A model generated the notes under the pieces. The model searched no databases, had not been told where the DNA came from, and saw only the letters and a list, made by a program, of their open reading frames with translations. Shown here piece by piece: positions 40,490 through 53,646 of a stretch of 63,873 nucleotides of DNA. The translations under genes and the position numbers were made by a program. Every line of letters begins with the position of its first letter. Position 1 is the stretch's first letter. Origin of the DNA: Dicyema japonicum (taxonomy: Eukaryota > Animalia > Dicyemida); the NCBI GenBank assembly GCA_011109175.1, contig RDEW01000044.1, positions 163,397 through 227,269 of the forward strand, written 5' to 3'.

Positions 40490-41995
40490 TATAATATACG
40501 ACACTTTCTTCAAACCAATCCTGCAATACAACTCTGGGACCTCGGCCACCTCTAAATAAGAATTGGAGAGGTTAGACTCATTTCACAGTAATCATCTAAG
40601 AAACATAACTGGAATGTCCTGGCCATTTAAGATCTGCGGAATGGACTTATGCTGACACCTAATCATCTCTAGCAGGAACAAATACGTGGGTACAGCAAAA
40701 TCGAGCTTCAGTCACATATTGACGACCTGGGAGCCTAGTTAAAGTTGAAACGTCTCTCCAAATCCAAGGATAAATCAACGCATACAATCTTCACCACGGA
40801 CAGAAATTAAAAACATACACTGGATTTGAACATTTATAAAGACTCTTTACCACTACAAATTCGTCCAACTATCCTGGGAGTGACATTTGATCCTTGGATG
40901 ACATTTTCTCAACATGTGAAGAACGTTATGACAATGGTACCCAGGAAACTTAATATTATCAAACAGCTCTTGAAGTCCAGGCAGTCACAGAAATGCTCCC
41001 TTGTCCTGTTGAATCAACTCCTAAAACCGACGATTGAGTATACTTTTGCCTCATGGGCCTATGGAGCTTCTATATCAAATTCACTCAAGATCAATTCCCT
41101 TATTGGCAAACTAGCACGTCTAACTAATCTACTTCCAATCTTTTCCCCCAATGTTTGACCACGCTGCAAACAAAAATAATGGCTCGGCCTTCATTGGTCT
41201 GTGTGGCCAAGAAACAAGTCGTTTTTTCCATTCAAGGCTAGTAGCTTCAAATACACGAAATTTAAAGAAAAAAACCTCCCTTCTTCAAACTCTAGTGAAA
41301 TATGATTGTCTTTTATTCAGGAAAGTCGTGATTACTCTGGAGGATCACAGGAAAAACCTCTCATTCAGTTGAGGCTTAGCGAGATTACTTAATTAGTTGG
41401 TATACTCCTTCTTTCATTGTGTCCCCTTTTCGGGGTTATTAAATAATAAATAAATTTTCTTCCAACCTTGTTATGACAGCAACTATCCCAATCTCTGATT
41501 CGGAGAAAGTTGAGACGGATGATCTGGAAGAAAGGAAAAGCTAGTTCAAATCCAGAGAACTATAGGGCAATAAACATAACATCCAGTATATTGAAAATTA
41601 TTGAAAAAATCATTTTCAAAGATTATCAAATAAGTTAAAGACAACAAATTTCTTCACGATGATCAGTAGGTTTTTTGCCCCACTACTGGAGATTGTTTCT
41701 CAATATGATCAAATTTATATGTGTAGCTAAGAAGAATAGAGAATGTCTTACAGACGTATGTCTAGACATATCAAAAGCTTTTGATAGCGTTTGGCATGCT
41801 GGGTTGTTAAAAACTTTGTAAAACTTTAATGTTAGGAGCAAGGCTCCAGTGTGGATAAAGGATTTTCTTTCTAGTAGAGAATTTTCTACTCGTGTTGGAG
41901 TAGATATTTCGAAGAAACCTTGTTATAAGAGAGGTTCCACAAGGGTCTGTCTTAATTCCCTTCATATCAATTGCGTTATGTGTGACATCCCGAAG
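40490..41995 (+). mobile_element. Chain of LINE fragments: RTE (40490-40630), Jockey/I-like 3' end (40650-41455), RT N-terminal piece (41460-41995)
   Basis: YNSGT..RLDSFH; LGVTFDPWMTFSQHVKNV..IEY; YRAINITSSILKIIEK, LDISKAFDSVWHAGLL, GVPQGS-like. Confidence 0.85.
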
Positions 41996-42570
41996 TATTT
42001 CAATTTATTTTAAATATGTTTCAATTTAATTTTATCACATTTCGCGAAATATCTGTGTAGATGGAGTCGTGCAGTTCCTATTTCCACTTTCTCCAGCCAT
42101 TTAGAAATAGTATACACTCTGAAAAAAAATTCAATGAGATTATTAACTTTCTATATTCTGTGCATGGGCACAATCCTAGTATCTCCTTTTTGCATTTTTC
42201 GAGCGATGACTCCAAATCAGAATCACTATTTGAGCATAATTAAGCTTCATAAAATTATTATAATAAAGTCTAAAACAAATAAATTAACCCAATTTATCTC
42301 GAAGTTATCAAATGTACGATAGGACTAAATTTTTATTTTAATAACCTGGAATCATATTTGGTGATAAAGTTATACTTTAATATTTTATATTAAAATTTAA
42401 CAAATTCTGTTTTTTCATTAATTTCAAAACGTTCTCCCTTTATATTTAAAAAAAATTATAAAGTTAAAAAAATAAATCTTAAAGATAAATTTTTTTTAAC
42501 TTTATATTTTAATTCAAATACGTATAAGACATATGTGCTATAGAGGGACGTCACCACCTCAACCAAAAAA

Positions 42571-43035
42571 CGTGGACGTGGGACGTGGGGAATTTCGAAA
42601 ACGGACGAACAAAACCTTGACTCCTTTCACAGAAGGCAACTTCGGTCTCTCTTGGGACTAAAGTGGCCAATGCGTGTAGGGAGTGAAAATTTATATAGAA
42701 GATGCGGTTCCGGACCTCTGAGCACCATGATCATGAAGGCTCGCTGGAGATTGTTTGGCCATATTCTCAGATTGGAACAAGACACGCCAGCAAACGTCGT
42801 CATGGAAGAATACTTCGATACGTCAGGGGACAAGTTCAGAGGTCGTCCAAGAATAACTCTTCCGGAAGTCCTTAATGGTGACCTGAGATCAGTAAGCAGA
42901 CTACTAAAGGACGGTGAAGACCTTAGTAGTCTGCGGCACTTGGCTTCGGACAGGAGGGGATGGGAAAGGCTAATTAAGAGGATTGTTCAGAAGCGGCACG
43001 AATAGAATTATAGTTTATATGATTCTATGTAGTTG
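42571..43035 (+). mobile_element. RTE-type 3' fragment with (TAA)n tail
   Basis: GTWG..LDSFHRRQLR..RWRLFGHILRL..GRPRITLP; tail taataataataataat. Confidence 0.92.
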
Positions 43036-43074
43036 CTTATAATAATAATAATAATTTTAATTATTTCACTGGGA

Positions 43075-43190
43075 TCAACGAGAAGGGTTATGGCCAAGAC
43101 AAAAGATTGGAATAGCCATACTCCGAGGGAACTCGTTCGCAATCCACGCAGCAGGCTTCCTCAACTGACATTTGTTTAATTGTTAAAAAA
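43075..43190 (+). mobile_element. CRE-like extreme 3' end
   Basis: Near-identical to 2763-2880 (about 3 differences by eye). Confidence 0.8.
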
Positions 43191-43829
43191 CATTTTTGTG
43201 AAAAAAAATTACTTGTTTTCTTTCATTTTCTACAAAATTTTACAATGAAAATAATTCCAAACTAAAACTAAATTAGAATATTTTAATTCCATGTTTAATC
43301 CATTTATATTGTTCTTATTCGAAGGTTAGAGAAAAAAAAGTTCGCAGTAGTTCGTTCTTCGAAGTAACCTTAAAGTACTTGGTTGAATTAACTCCAAGTT
43401 TGCATACAATGAAATGAAAATGGAATATGACTATAGTAGAATCGAGTTACTGACTCAAACGTTGAATATAAAACTCATCGAAATTAGTATTTTTTTATCC
43501 AAAAGACGGGTGTTCTTCTGTACTCCGTTATTCTGAAAGATCTGCTAAAATTTCGTTTCATTAGCATAACTCAACAATTTTGTTTATTCTCTCATAAATC
43601 CAAACAAAATAGCGTGTATCATCCATTCAATTCAATAATGTGATATAAACGATTAATTGAATCATTCTAACACACTTGTCAATTTCCAATAGAATGAAAT
43701 AATTTATTAAACAAAACAGTAACATGGATAACAGACACTAATTATAACGCCCGTTATTCTGCTTTTTACAATTTTCCATGTATTTTTCTTAGTTAATCCA
43801 TCGAGGTTCTTATTGATTTTCTTATCCTC

Positions 43830-44030
43830 ATCAATTTCGTGATTGATGAATTTACACAATGCTCCATATTTACAGTAAAACTTTTTGTGGTAGACCCTGC
43901 AGAGATTTGTCTTTTATCCTGCTTTACGTGCTTTGTTCATTAACTCAGTTTTTTGATGAGAAAAGTAACAGTTTTCACAATGTATACACGTTCCAGTAGC
44001 TAAAAAGTTCTTGCAAACCTTTTTTTGTCC
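43830..44030 (-). pseudogene. TIS11/ZFP36-family tandem CCCH zinc finger pseudogene
   Basis: CKNFLATGTCIHCENCYFSH-QKTELMNKARKAG*KTNL-CRVYHKKFYCKYGALCKFINH: C-x8-C-x5-C-x3-H, exact 18-aa linker, (Y)KT.L lead-in with Tyr replaced by a TAA stop. Confidence 0.82.
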
Positions 44031-44723
44031 TTATTCAAATTGAGTCTCAGAAGAGTCGTCTTCAGTTTCTCTTAAAGACATGTAGCTGTTACCTAAATAT
44101 CGCGAACAAACCCTTGAATATAGTCAGCTTTACGTGTTTTATGAAATTCATTCAAAATAATTATGAAATTCTCAATTTAACTTTTAAAATAAATTAGACG
44201 TGTCATATTCATCCAAGACTATATTTGAAATATATGAAGGCTTTACTTCTCTTTTGGTAGTCCAACATCCTCCTCTCATTCTTGGAATTTCGTTTGGATC
44301 CGTGGCATTCGTTGGAATTGCTTCCGCTGTTATTTGGAAGTTTTTCTTCGCTAAGGTCTCGTCAAATATATTTAAATTTTAACACGTGACTGACTCACAT
44401 AAACTAACATGATATTCTCTTATTAATAATGTGATCCTTCAACCTCTTCTAAGTTTGAGACTAGTCACAAACTATGATGCGACGCTCCGGATTACGTTAC
44501 TGACTGTGATATTCGTGGACTATGACACTAGATGAGATAGTCCGTTTGTGGCTATCAAGAAAACAGGAAGATTATGTGTATTTATGCTCTTTAATACAAT
44601 CTTTTTTAATCATTGCTAATGTGGTTAACGTGGTGTCCTGTGGTTCACTCGATAAGGTGTCACCCATTCCGGAAAGGATTGAAAAGAGTCAATAACTTCT
44701 CCCCACCTCTTGGGGGTTCACGT

Positions 44724-47396
44724 AATTATTATTATTATTAATAGCACTTTCGAAGAACCAAAAATGTAATTTATTTAATTAAGCTTCCGCTTGTGCCGTA
44801 TTTTTCTTCAGGTTATTCTTTCTCCCACAAATCTCTTAACTAACTTCCTCCATGCTTCACGGTTTCTGGCAATTATTCTGAGCGTATTTAGATCATCTCC
44901 TGTTTTCAGTTTTCGTCCTACATTGGTCAGGTCCTTGTGTAGAACCTCTGGCAAAGTTATGCGAGGTCTTCTACGTAACGAGGTATTCACTTCTGGGCAG
45001 AAATATTTTTCCATTGCTATTTTAGCAGGCGTCATCTGGCTCATTTGAAGGATGTGACCAAATAGACGCCATCTTGATTCAAGGATATCCTGACTCGATG
45101 GTCTTGTATTACATACTTTGTATAGATTCTTGTTTGTAATTTTTTTTGGCCAGTTGATGCCAAGCAACAGTCGGAGTTGTTTACAATTGAAAGCATCTAG
45201 TTTATCCATTACCGTTGCAGCGCTGTATATTAAGACTGGTTTCACGAAGGCATTGTATACACGTAATTGTGTGCTAATTTGTTTAAGATGATTCCACACT
45301 ACTCCCATTTTTCTAAAGGTCGCGACGGCAAAAATCTTCCTGTTAGTGATATCCTCTGCGTCTCCGAGCAAGACCCTAATTTTTTACAATAACTCCATTT
45401 TTCATAAGTTCGTGGTAATTGGTAGTTGTCTCCGTCTTTTCCGTATTGATTTTGATGAACCATTTTTCTAGGACATTTGGCATCCTTGTCCGTATATAGT
45501 TTAATGTTTTCTCGTCGCTGGATATATAGTCGATATCATCTGCATAAATCACTTCAATTTGAGGTAAATCGCCAATTAATAGTCTGATGTCTCTGAGTGC
45601 CGCATCCAGAAAGTACCGATGACAAGGAATCTCCCTGCGGTACCCCGAACGTTGTCTCGAATGGGACAGACTCCAAATTTCCAAAACGTACACTTAGCTG
45701 CGCTTTTCCAAGTAATAGACGGATCATTCTGACACTAGTTTCGACAACCAACTTCTCCAAGATATCCAAAAGTCTCCCTCTGTGTATATAGTCAAAGGCT
45801 TGTACTTTTGATGTGTTGCACAAAGCCATCAATGTCCCAAGACCACATCAGCTGTAGATCTCCCTGTCCTGAATCCGCTTTGACCGTGAAAGAGAATGTT
45901 CTCAATGTCAGGTCCAATCGTGTTCAGCACTATAAGTGATAGTGTCTTGCGTAGTGTCGTTAATAGTACGATGGATATTAAATTCGTTAACGGGCCTTTA
46001 GCTTTGCCCGGTTTTGTAGTGCAATTAGTGTGGCATTACCCACATCCAGTGGTTAGTTGTATTTGAATGTTTTGTTGTATATCTGAGTTAATAGTTCAGA
46101 GATCTCGGTCGGTGCATATTTGAAAAGTTCTGCATTTATGTTGTCAGGGCCAGCAGCTCTATTGTTGTTCAGTTTGTCCAGGGCTTTTTTTGTTTCCAAA
46201 ATAGTTATCGGGATATGTAGTTCTCGTGCTTAATCATCGAATTGTTTTTATGTTTTCCCCGTGGATTGATTAAAGGCCTGCTGATAATGACTGGATATGG
46301 CCGATAAAATTTCTTTTTTGTTTAACATAGTCTTTCCAAACTGATAATGTTTTGTGATTTGTAATGAACGCGAGTCTCTATGTAATAGGTGAACAGCCTT
46401 GAACATCTGCGCTCCGTTTGTGAGCTTTTCTACTTCTTTACCCATTCCAAAAAGTTTATTTTCCTTTATTTCCCTCGTTTTTTTCTTTATTTTATACAGG
46501 GTTTCGCATGACTCTTAGAGAGTGTTCCTTTGCCTGCTCCTGACAGGTTTCGACCTGTAAACGTAGGTTCCTCTGCAATTTGGATAGTTCTTCAAGCTCG
46601 TGGTCATAGTGTCCGTTTAAATTGCTTCGATTTTACTCCAACTGTTGAGTGGGCCGTGCACTTTGATGTCTCGCCACAGCTCCCCAGGCATTTTTTTATT
46701 CCACTGTCTGATCTTTTCTCTCAATGTATTTTGATAGCTATCCCGAGTCGGTCCCACCATGCAGAGTTGCTCTACTGCGAACCTCCTCTCAGATATCCTC
46801 ATGCCAGCCGCTTGGAAACCCCTAAATATCGTTTGAAAAGGATACGTGCCACAACCAATCTGTGATCACTGTCTACTAGTGTCCCACTGTAGCTTCGAGA
46901 ATCTGTTAGCAGTGCCTTGTATGCAGATAATGTAATCTATTTGGTTATATATAGGCTTGATAATCCCAGATTTGTCCTTTTGGTAGCAGCTCCATGTCGT
47001 CTTATGTCTTCTGAGTTCCTGAAACCAGTATTGCATAGAAATAGTTTGAATCTATTGCAAAATTCGATTAGCGATTCTCCTGAATGGTTCCTGATCCCCC
47101 TTCCATGGCTTCCCAGTTCTTTTGAACTGCAAATCCCATGCCATAGTGTGGGTAATTCGAAAGATGCAGAATTAAGCGGAAATCATTGTTGATTTCATCT
47201 AGTCCGCCTTTTACTTTCGTTTCCTGTAAGCACGCCACGGTTACCTTGTACGATCCAAGATCCACGCATAAATTTCTTCTTTTAGTATCCGACTTTGATC
47301 CTCTTACATTGAACGAGCTAATAGTAAAAGATCCCGAAGAAAAGCACGAAAAAGACATGTGTGCAATAGAGTCACGTCACCAGCTCAACCAAAAAT
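44724..47396 (-). mobile_element. Near-full-length decayed RTE-type LINE
   Basis: SFNVRG, CLQETK, NQID, SDHRLV, AAGPDNI, GVPQGDSLS, YADD, RWRLFGH; (TAA)n tail at 44724-44742; multiple frameshifts. Confidence 0.95.
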
Positions 47397-48564
47397 TTCT
47401 TCATTAAAAACTTCAAAAATAACGGATAAGACAAGAAACTTTGTCACACAAAGTTTAAATTTAAATTATTTTTAAATTAATTTTAGTTTAGCTAAATTTT
47501 GTTTATTAAAATTTAAAGTAAGTCATAATAATAAATAATAATAATAAAAGTAAGTCTATTCTTAAGTCAAGTGATCGTGCGTCATGTGGTTCGCCCTGTC
47601 AGGTGGTGTCAGATACAAGCCAAAAGTGTATCCAAAAAGAACCATTTGTAAACTACCATCCAGAAGAGTTCCCCATTTTTGGTTCAATAAAATTAAATTC
47701 ATTAAAATTTTGTTAATCCGAACGAAAAACCAAATAAACTAGAATCTACTGTCCACGACATTCACGATAATTTAGTCTAGCGATTGCGGACATTCAGGAT
47801 GACAACCTCTGAAGGTATCATAAGTAAGGTAAAGGAGATGATCCTACAATTTAAGGAACTGTGATCGCTTGTAAAAGTAGATTTAAAGGAAATGTTGGCC
47901 GTGGAAATGGATAACCCAGGCCGCCTAAACACCATCTAAAATGAAGTTTAAAGATAGTGCTATTTAATGATTAATCTCTTGGGAAAAGGCGTCATTAACT
48001 GGAACTTCGACGTTCTAGTTTTTAATGGGACAAAAATGAAATGATATAACTCTGTGGATATACCATGGGAGGATGATGTGTAGCTGGTACTGGAACATCC
48101 GTCTTCTAAGGAACGATTTACATGTACGTAACCCCAACATCATCGCGAGTTCATATATACTGAAGTTCGCTGTTGTGGATTTTGAAATACAATCAGGAAT
48201 TTAAATTTGAAAAAAATAAGCAATTTTTCCACGGAGATTGCTAAGTTCTTTGAGAGGAAGTCGATGTCGCTCTTGGCGGGAGTTCTAACGCGAAGAACGT
48301 AAGGTAGGGATACTATAAAACAAAGCTAATGGACGACGGTAGATATAACCGGCAGAGAGATATCTGGTTTCAAGCTAACGTATTTATATTTGTTGGAAGG
48401 AGGATATTTTTTAGAGGAACTATTAAAAAGAAGAGCCATGAATGCCTAAGCCAAGTTGTTTCTAGCACTTAAAAGTTTTTATTACTGCTAAAAATTAATA
48501 ATCTTGCACTTATAAGAAAAATAGCAGTTAACGATAAAACTAGCATTTAAAAATATAAAATTTA

Positions 48565-48910
48565 ATGATCGGGAAACCACCAGATGAGATAACCATCTTC
48601 CCTTTTAAAGCCGAAATACCTCGTGCTTAGGACGTCACCTACACTGACACATTGTCTTCTTGCAATATACTACAGAGTGCCTTTAGACCCTGTTTTGCTA
48701 CTGAGGAAGCCAAAAGGTTGAAACGGGCAAAGTACGCTGTCCTACCCAATGATTTTTTGTTTTTTCCACTTTCGGTTAAGACGTCTGATTCCCTTTTGCT
48801 TGCGCTATACGGTCAGGAGACCCCCTGAGCGCTGCTGGTTATTTGAGCGATTCTCGCTCGCTATCCTGAGAAGGAGTAGCCATTCAGTCAGGGGCGGTCG
48901 TTATATGACC
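48565..48910 (+). mobile_element. CRE-like RLE 3' fragment
   Basis: PDEITIFPF, *DVTYTDT, K..KY, ERCWLFERFSLAILRRSSHSVR. Confidence 0.85.
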
Positions 48911-49299
48911 ATTTGCTCACTTTTCTGTAATATATCGTTCAAAGAAAAAAATCGATTATTAGTTCTGGTTGACCCTTAAAAAGATATGTTAAAAAATATA
49001 AATTATTTTTCACCGCTTAAAATAGTATTTATTTTTTTCTAGAACTTAAAAATAAAAAAAGACAAGTTGAAACTGTTATGGAATTGATAGAATGGCTCTC
49101 ATAAATTAAATTTAATTAAAATGATAAAATATGGGAGATGGTATTGGCGCAGAGATGGAGATACGAATCTTCAAAAGTGGACCACAAAAACCTATCATTT
49201 TAGGAAGAGCTATAAAAATCTTCCTATGACGGATGCAAATAAGATTTTCTTAAACAATTCAGATGGAGAGTATACTCATGGAGGATGTTCACAAAATAT

Positions 49300-49860
49300 T
49301 AAAGAATTATAGTGAGAAAATTCAAGGCGTTGATCTTATGAATTCAATCCCATTCAATCAGACAAAGGATTCACTTGAGCTTAATAAATATTCTTTGGAC
49401 GGACTCGAACTGTTGAGGAGATCACAGTGTGGGTGATCAAGATAAAAATTAAAGAATTCAAGGCCAATAAATAAGGTTTTGAATTCATTAGATATTCAAT
49501 GAAGGACCGGAGGAGTTACTATTTGTTCTACAACATCTATTTAACGCAACTATCAAGTGTGGGTATGTTTCGGATTGGTGGAAGAATTCTATAGTTAAGA
49601 TAGTCGGTCCTTAAACCTGCTTAACCCAGGAGAGACCTTCTGAGCTATTGACCGATAGTCTCATATCGAAGTCTGTTGTCACAGCTGGTGTCGGTAAATG
49701 CTCCGAATTACCTATTCATATTATAAAAAGAAGTCTTGACGTGAAAAAAGCCGAAATCGTGTACACAAGCCAACAAATGTGGACCAACTAAGGAAAAAGG
49801 GAACTGCGGAAATGTCCAGACCACGATGCAGTACTAAACATATGCCCTCCAACAAACTCC
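49300..49860 (+). mobile_element. LINE ORF1-like zinc-knuckle fragment
   Basis: CGKC..., NCGN..DHDAVLNICP (frameshifted). Confidence 0.5.
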
Positions 49861-49949
49861 AAATTGTGTTGATTAAGATAACTCATAGAAAACTCTAAAC
49901 TGTAACTAAAGTTAATAATAGGTTCCTTGTCGACTTCACAAGGAATGAC

Positions 49950-50927
49950 GATTTCATTTTCTTAGTGCATTTATATTTGAGTTATTTCTTCCCCATTAAT
50001 GAGTTCTTTCAGTTCTTTTCGGTACTTATTCAAAACAGGGTCTTGGATGAAATATTTATTAGCAAATGAATTAAGACATTTAATTTCCTCTGTACTATAA
50101 TGACTCCCTTTCCTGAATTCACAAAAAATTCTTTTTCCAAGTTAAGGGCTTCCAAATAATTCAAAATAAGCTTTTTTCTATAATAATTTTTAAATTTTTT
50201 GATTATGCTTGCATCTATTGGTAAAGATGAACAGTTGTGTTTTGGAAGGAATAAAATTTCAATTTTCACAAAAATTTCGTCAAAACGTAGAGCATTATCA
50301 ATCAGTGAAAGAAAAATAAAGATCTTTTAAACAATATGGTCTTTTACTATAACAAATAACAACAAGTTTAATTTTTATTGCTCCAGTTCCATTAGCAAAG
50401 AGTTACAGTAATCCTCAATATGTGTAGCCCTTACTAAATTCAGGTTCATCTTATCCAAGGATTTATAAAAAACCTTATTATATGAAATGATGATACCTTC
50501 ATTAATAAAACCATTAAATTCACCTATTCTTGAAATCTATTCTACAAATGAATTATTAAATTGAAGGTGTTTACCACTGTCTTTATTTGTTTACTCCAAT
50601 TTTTTACGGTTTTTTAGAATCTCTGAAATTGTCGAAATTCCCAAATAATGATTCATTTTTATTTTACTGAGAATCAATTTTGTTATTTTTATTTTACAAT
50701 TTTTTCTTTTCTGTTCAATAAAAATTTCGACCCTTTTTCTATCCACGTTGCACTGTAAGATTTATATGTAGAATAAACATAAAATAAATTAATCCGAAAT
50801 TTTTGATAAATGTCTCTCAGAATATGAAGTTTCGGTTTATTGAAGCCTGTTTTATCGAAACTTCCTAAATTTTTGCTGACTCGTCCAAAAAATGGATTAT
50901 TGAAGTTGAATTGATGGGGGTTTACTG
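49950..50927 (-). mobile_element. pogo/Tigger transposon relic with one terminus
   Basis: TA|CAGTAAACCCC terminus (50927, TA at 50928-50929); RKRV...GISTISEILKNRKK (CENP-B HTH); ILFLPK..SLPIDASIIKKFKNYYRK (DDE_1). Confidence 0.85.
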
Positions 50928-50949
50928 TAATATAAATTATGGTGTAACA

Positions 50950-51870
50950 TCAAAATTTGCACTCCTTCTAGTACTGTTTGTAATAGAATATGACCCACCT
51001 AATATTATTATAATAAATAACAACCATAGGAATAAAGAAGACATCGTTTTTTAAACGACAGGATTATTGTCCCCTTTCTCTACATAAACATAGCCAGTAG
51101 TAAGTAGTATAATAATAGTACTAATACTATTAATCCCCAAAGATACACCACATAATACTGTTGTAGGTTGTTTGAATGAGGTAGTATAATCAAATACCCT
51201 ATCTCATTAAATGATTCACCCTAATGCGAGTAGATTTTATACCAATCAAACTCACCCACGATTTCAGCCTATGATCGAACGCATACTAAATCAAAATAAT
51301 AGACTACCCTCTGTCATTTCCTCTCAAATCATTATTAAATTGGTTGTGTAGTTATTCTTTTGGACCATTTTTCTTAGTTGAAATTTTCTGAATAACAACT
51401 ATGATGATATGTGGATAAACTTGAAAATGGTGGCAGTGATATTCCCACAATCTCCAATCCATCTATATATTAATTGATAACAAACTCCCTCTATTCTCAT
51501 ACTCTATCTTTTGTCAATTAGACGTATCTAATTATACTACCCATACTCTTGTTAACCTTCCGCATCAAGCGGGTCCTCTCTTGATTACTATCAAATTTAT
51601 AACATGTTAACCTAACCTCCCCCGAATTCCCGATAAAACAATACCTATATAACACATACCCATACTCTTGTTAACTTTCCACATCAAGCGGGTCCTCTCT
51701 TGATTACTATCAAATTTATAACATGTTAACCTAACCTCCCCCGAATTCCCGATAAAACAAAACCTATATAACACAGACAACCTCATTTATTCCACGGAAT
51801 ATCTATACCATTTCATTATAGTCATCTAATATCGAAACATTCAAATTGAATAATTCACTTACAATGCACA
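50950..51870 (-). pseudogene. Degenerate multi-exon membrane protein gene with tiny introns
   Basis: Several short GT..AG segments (e.g. gttgttatttattatataataatattag); hydrophobic stretch about 51085-51160; stops. Confidence 0.4.
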
Positions 51871-52213
51871 CTATTTTGTCCGTTATTAGATTTTAATTAA
51901 AATATGAACAAACAAATTGAATTAATAAGTGTGAGATTATACATTAATATGTCAGTCATCACTAGTGTTTCTTTACGAGAAACACTACGGTTAGTTTATT
52001 TAATACATTTTCTTATACTTGGAAATATAGTGAACTGTTGACTCTTTAATAACATATGAGCTAATTGAGTGCAGCACTTCACCTTTGCTGCTCTTTTGCA
52101 TAATTATCCTATCGTTTTGACTATCCGGAGTTCCAACTTTCTTATAGGAACCACTAATATATCATCACTAACCCCCAGAGACAGTATAGTCATCCTCAAT
52201 ATTTTCCTAGCGT

Positions 52214-53646
52214 CCGGGCTGTTGATACTGTCCGGGTTGATAAGACAAATTTATCACTTGAAAACATTAACAACCACTAAGTTTTGCTTCGAAAGATCTG
52301 TCTCTTGTTCTCTCAAAAAACAAAAAAAAATTATTTTGAGTAAATAAAGCGATTCAGCGAGAAAAAGTCAAAAATAGAAGAGGTCGAAGGATCGGTCCCT
52401 TGTTCCCTCGAAAAACAAAAAAAATTTATTTTGAGTCAATAAAGCGATTAGCGTGAAAAGGGTTATTTGAATGTTATATAATATTTTCTAAATATTTCTA
52501 ATTTCTTTTTAAAAATATAAAATTGCACGCTTCAATTATGAATTATCTCGTATATAAACAGTATCCTGATGGATTTAATGAAAATCAAAAGCGGACATTA
52601 CGCAGAAGATGTTAGAATTTAAAACTGTTGAATGTAGAATTATTTTTTGGATTAAATGATAATCTTCGTACTGTTATTTGTACATTTCAAAAAGCTAGAA
52701 TTAACTCAATTTTAGCTAAGGAACATTCTATTGGACATCCTGGTGTTTTAAGATATAGAAATTAATTTGCGAAAAGTAAATTGGCATTATTCTTAATTTA
52801 AATTACTTAATTCAACCTTATCAGTTTAATGTTATAAAATATAAATATGTCAATAATATGGCATTACCTAAATATTTTCGGATTTTCTATAATATTCTTC
52901 GGATTTGCTATATGTGGAGCAAGATATTGGAAGCGACCATCTTCTACAAACTTTGGAAATAAGGATGGGCCTATATCTGTTGAAAGAACTTTTGTTGGCG
53001 ACAACCTTAATAATATCAACTGGGTTGATTTCGATTATTTTATACGGGTGATAGTGGGAAATGTCTGTGATCTATTGATCTTGGACACCTCAGAAATTGA
53101 TTACTTGGATGACAAAATTAAGACTTTGATAATGTGTTATTTGGACGTATATGGAAATCAAAATTTCCGTATGCTGCATGGATGCTTATCAATGAACTCA
53201 AAAGAAGTTTCTTTCCATCGTGTTTTGAGTCACTGGGTAGACCTATTAGACGATATCTTCCTTGGTTTTCATCGAGATAGTGCATAATTTTCGTATCTTG
53301 TATACAGCCAATAGAAACGTTATATATTTCTAGTTCATCACAGAGAGTATTTCTTGACTGAATTTTAGATATTCCTCTAGCATTGAATGTAAGAAAATTT
53401 AGGGCAAGCATATTCTTTTGTATCTTCTGCTTTCTAGCGATTTTTCTTTTCCGTTGTACAGAAAAGAAACGAGGCACGTCACCACCTAACCAAAATCTCT
53501 ACTTTAATCCGGGATTATACTTTTCTATTTTCCTTGGGGATTTAACTTCTTTCTATTTTGTTTCTCTTGAGACATAGCTTAGTGGTTGTTAATGTTTTCA
53601 AGTTATTAATTTGTCTCTTCAACCCGGACAGTATCAACGCCCCGGG
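52214..53646 (+). mobile_element. Ginger-like (Gypsy-integrase DNA transposon) relic with about 70-bp TIRs
   Basis: Inverted repeats 52214-52281 / 53578-53646. Internal YLVYKQYPDGFNENQKRTLRRRC*...ILAKEHSIGHPG (GIN/Ginger N-terminus, HH of the H2C2 motif). TSD not resolved. Confidence 0.7.
53100..53496 (-). mobile_element. RTE-type 5' fragment nested inside the Ginger-like element
   Basis: LTFNARG..GCIQDTK..YRLI; conserved 5' motif at 53475-53496. Confidence 0.8.

Noticed and set aside
2763-48960. Sequence-specific CRE targeting (as for trypanosomatid spliced-leader elements)
   Set aside because: The 3' flanks of the CRE ends at about 2885, 11760, 43190 and 48950 share no evident target sequence.
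43830-52620. Stop-codon reassignment (TAA at a conserved Tyr in the CCCH gene)
   Set aside because: Other in-frame stops replace Trp and other residues and co-occur with frameshifts; ordinary decay explains them.
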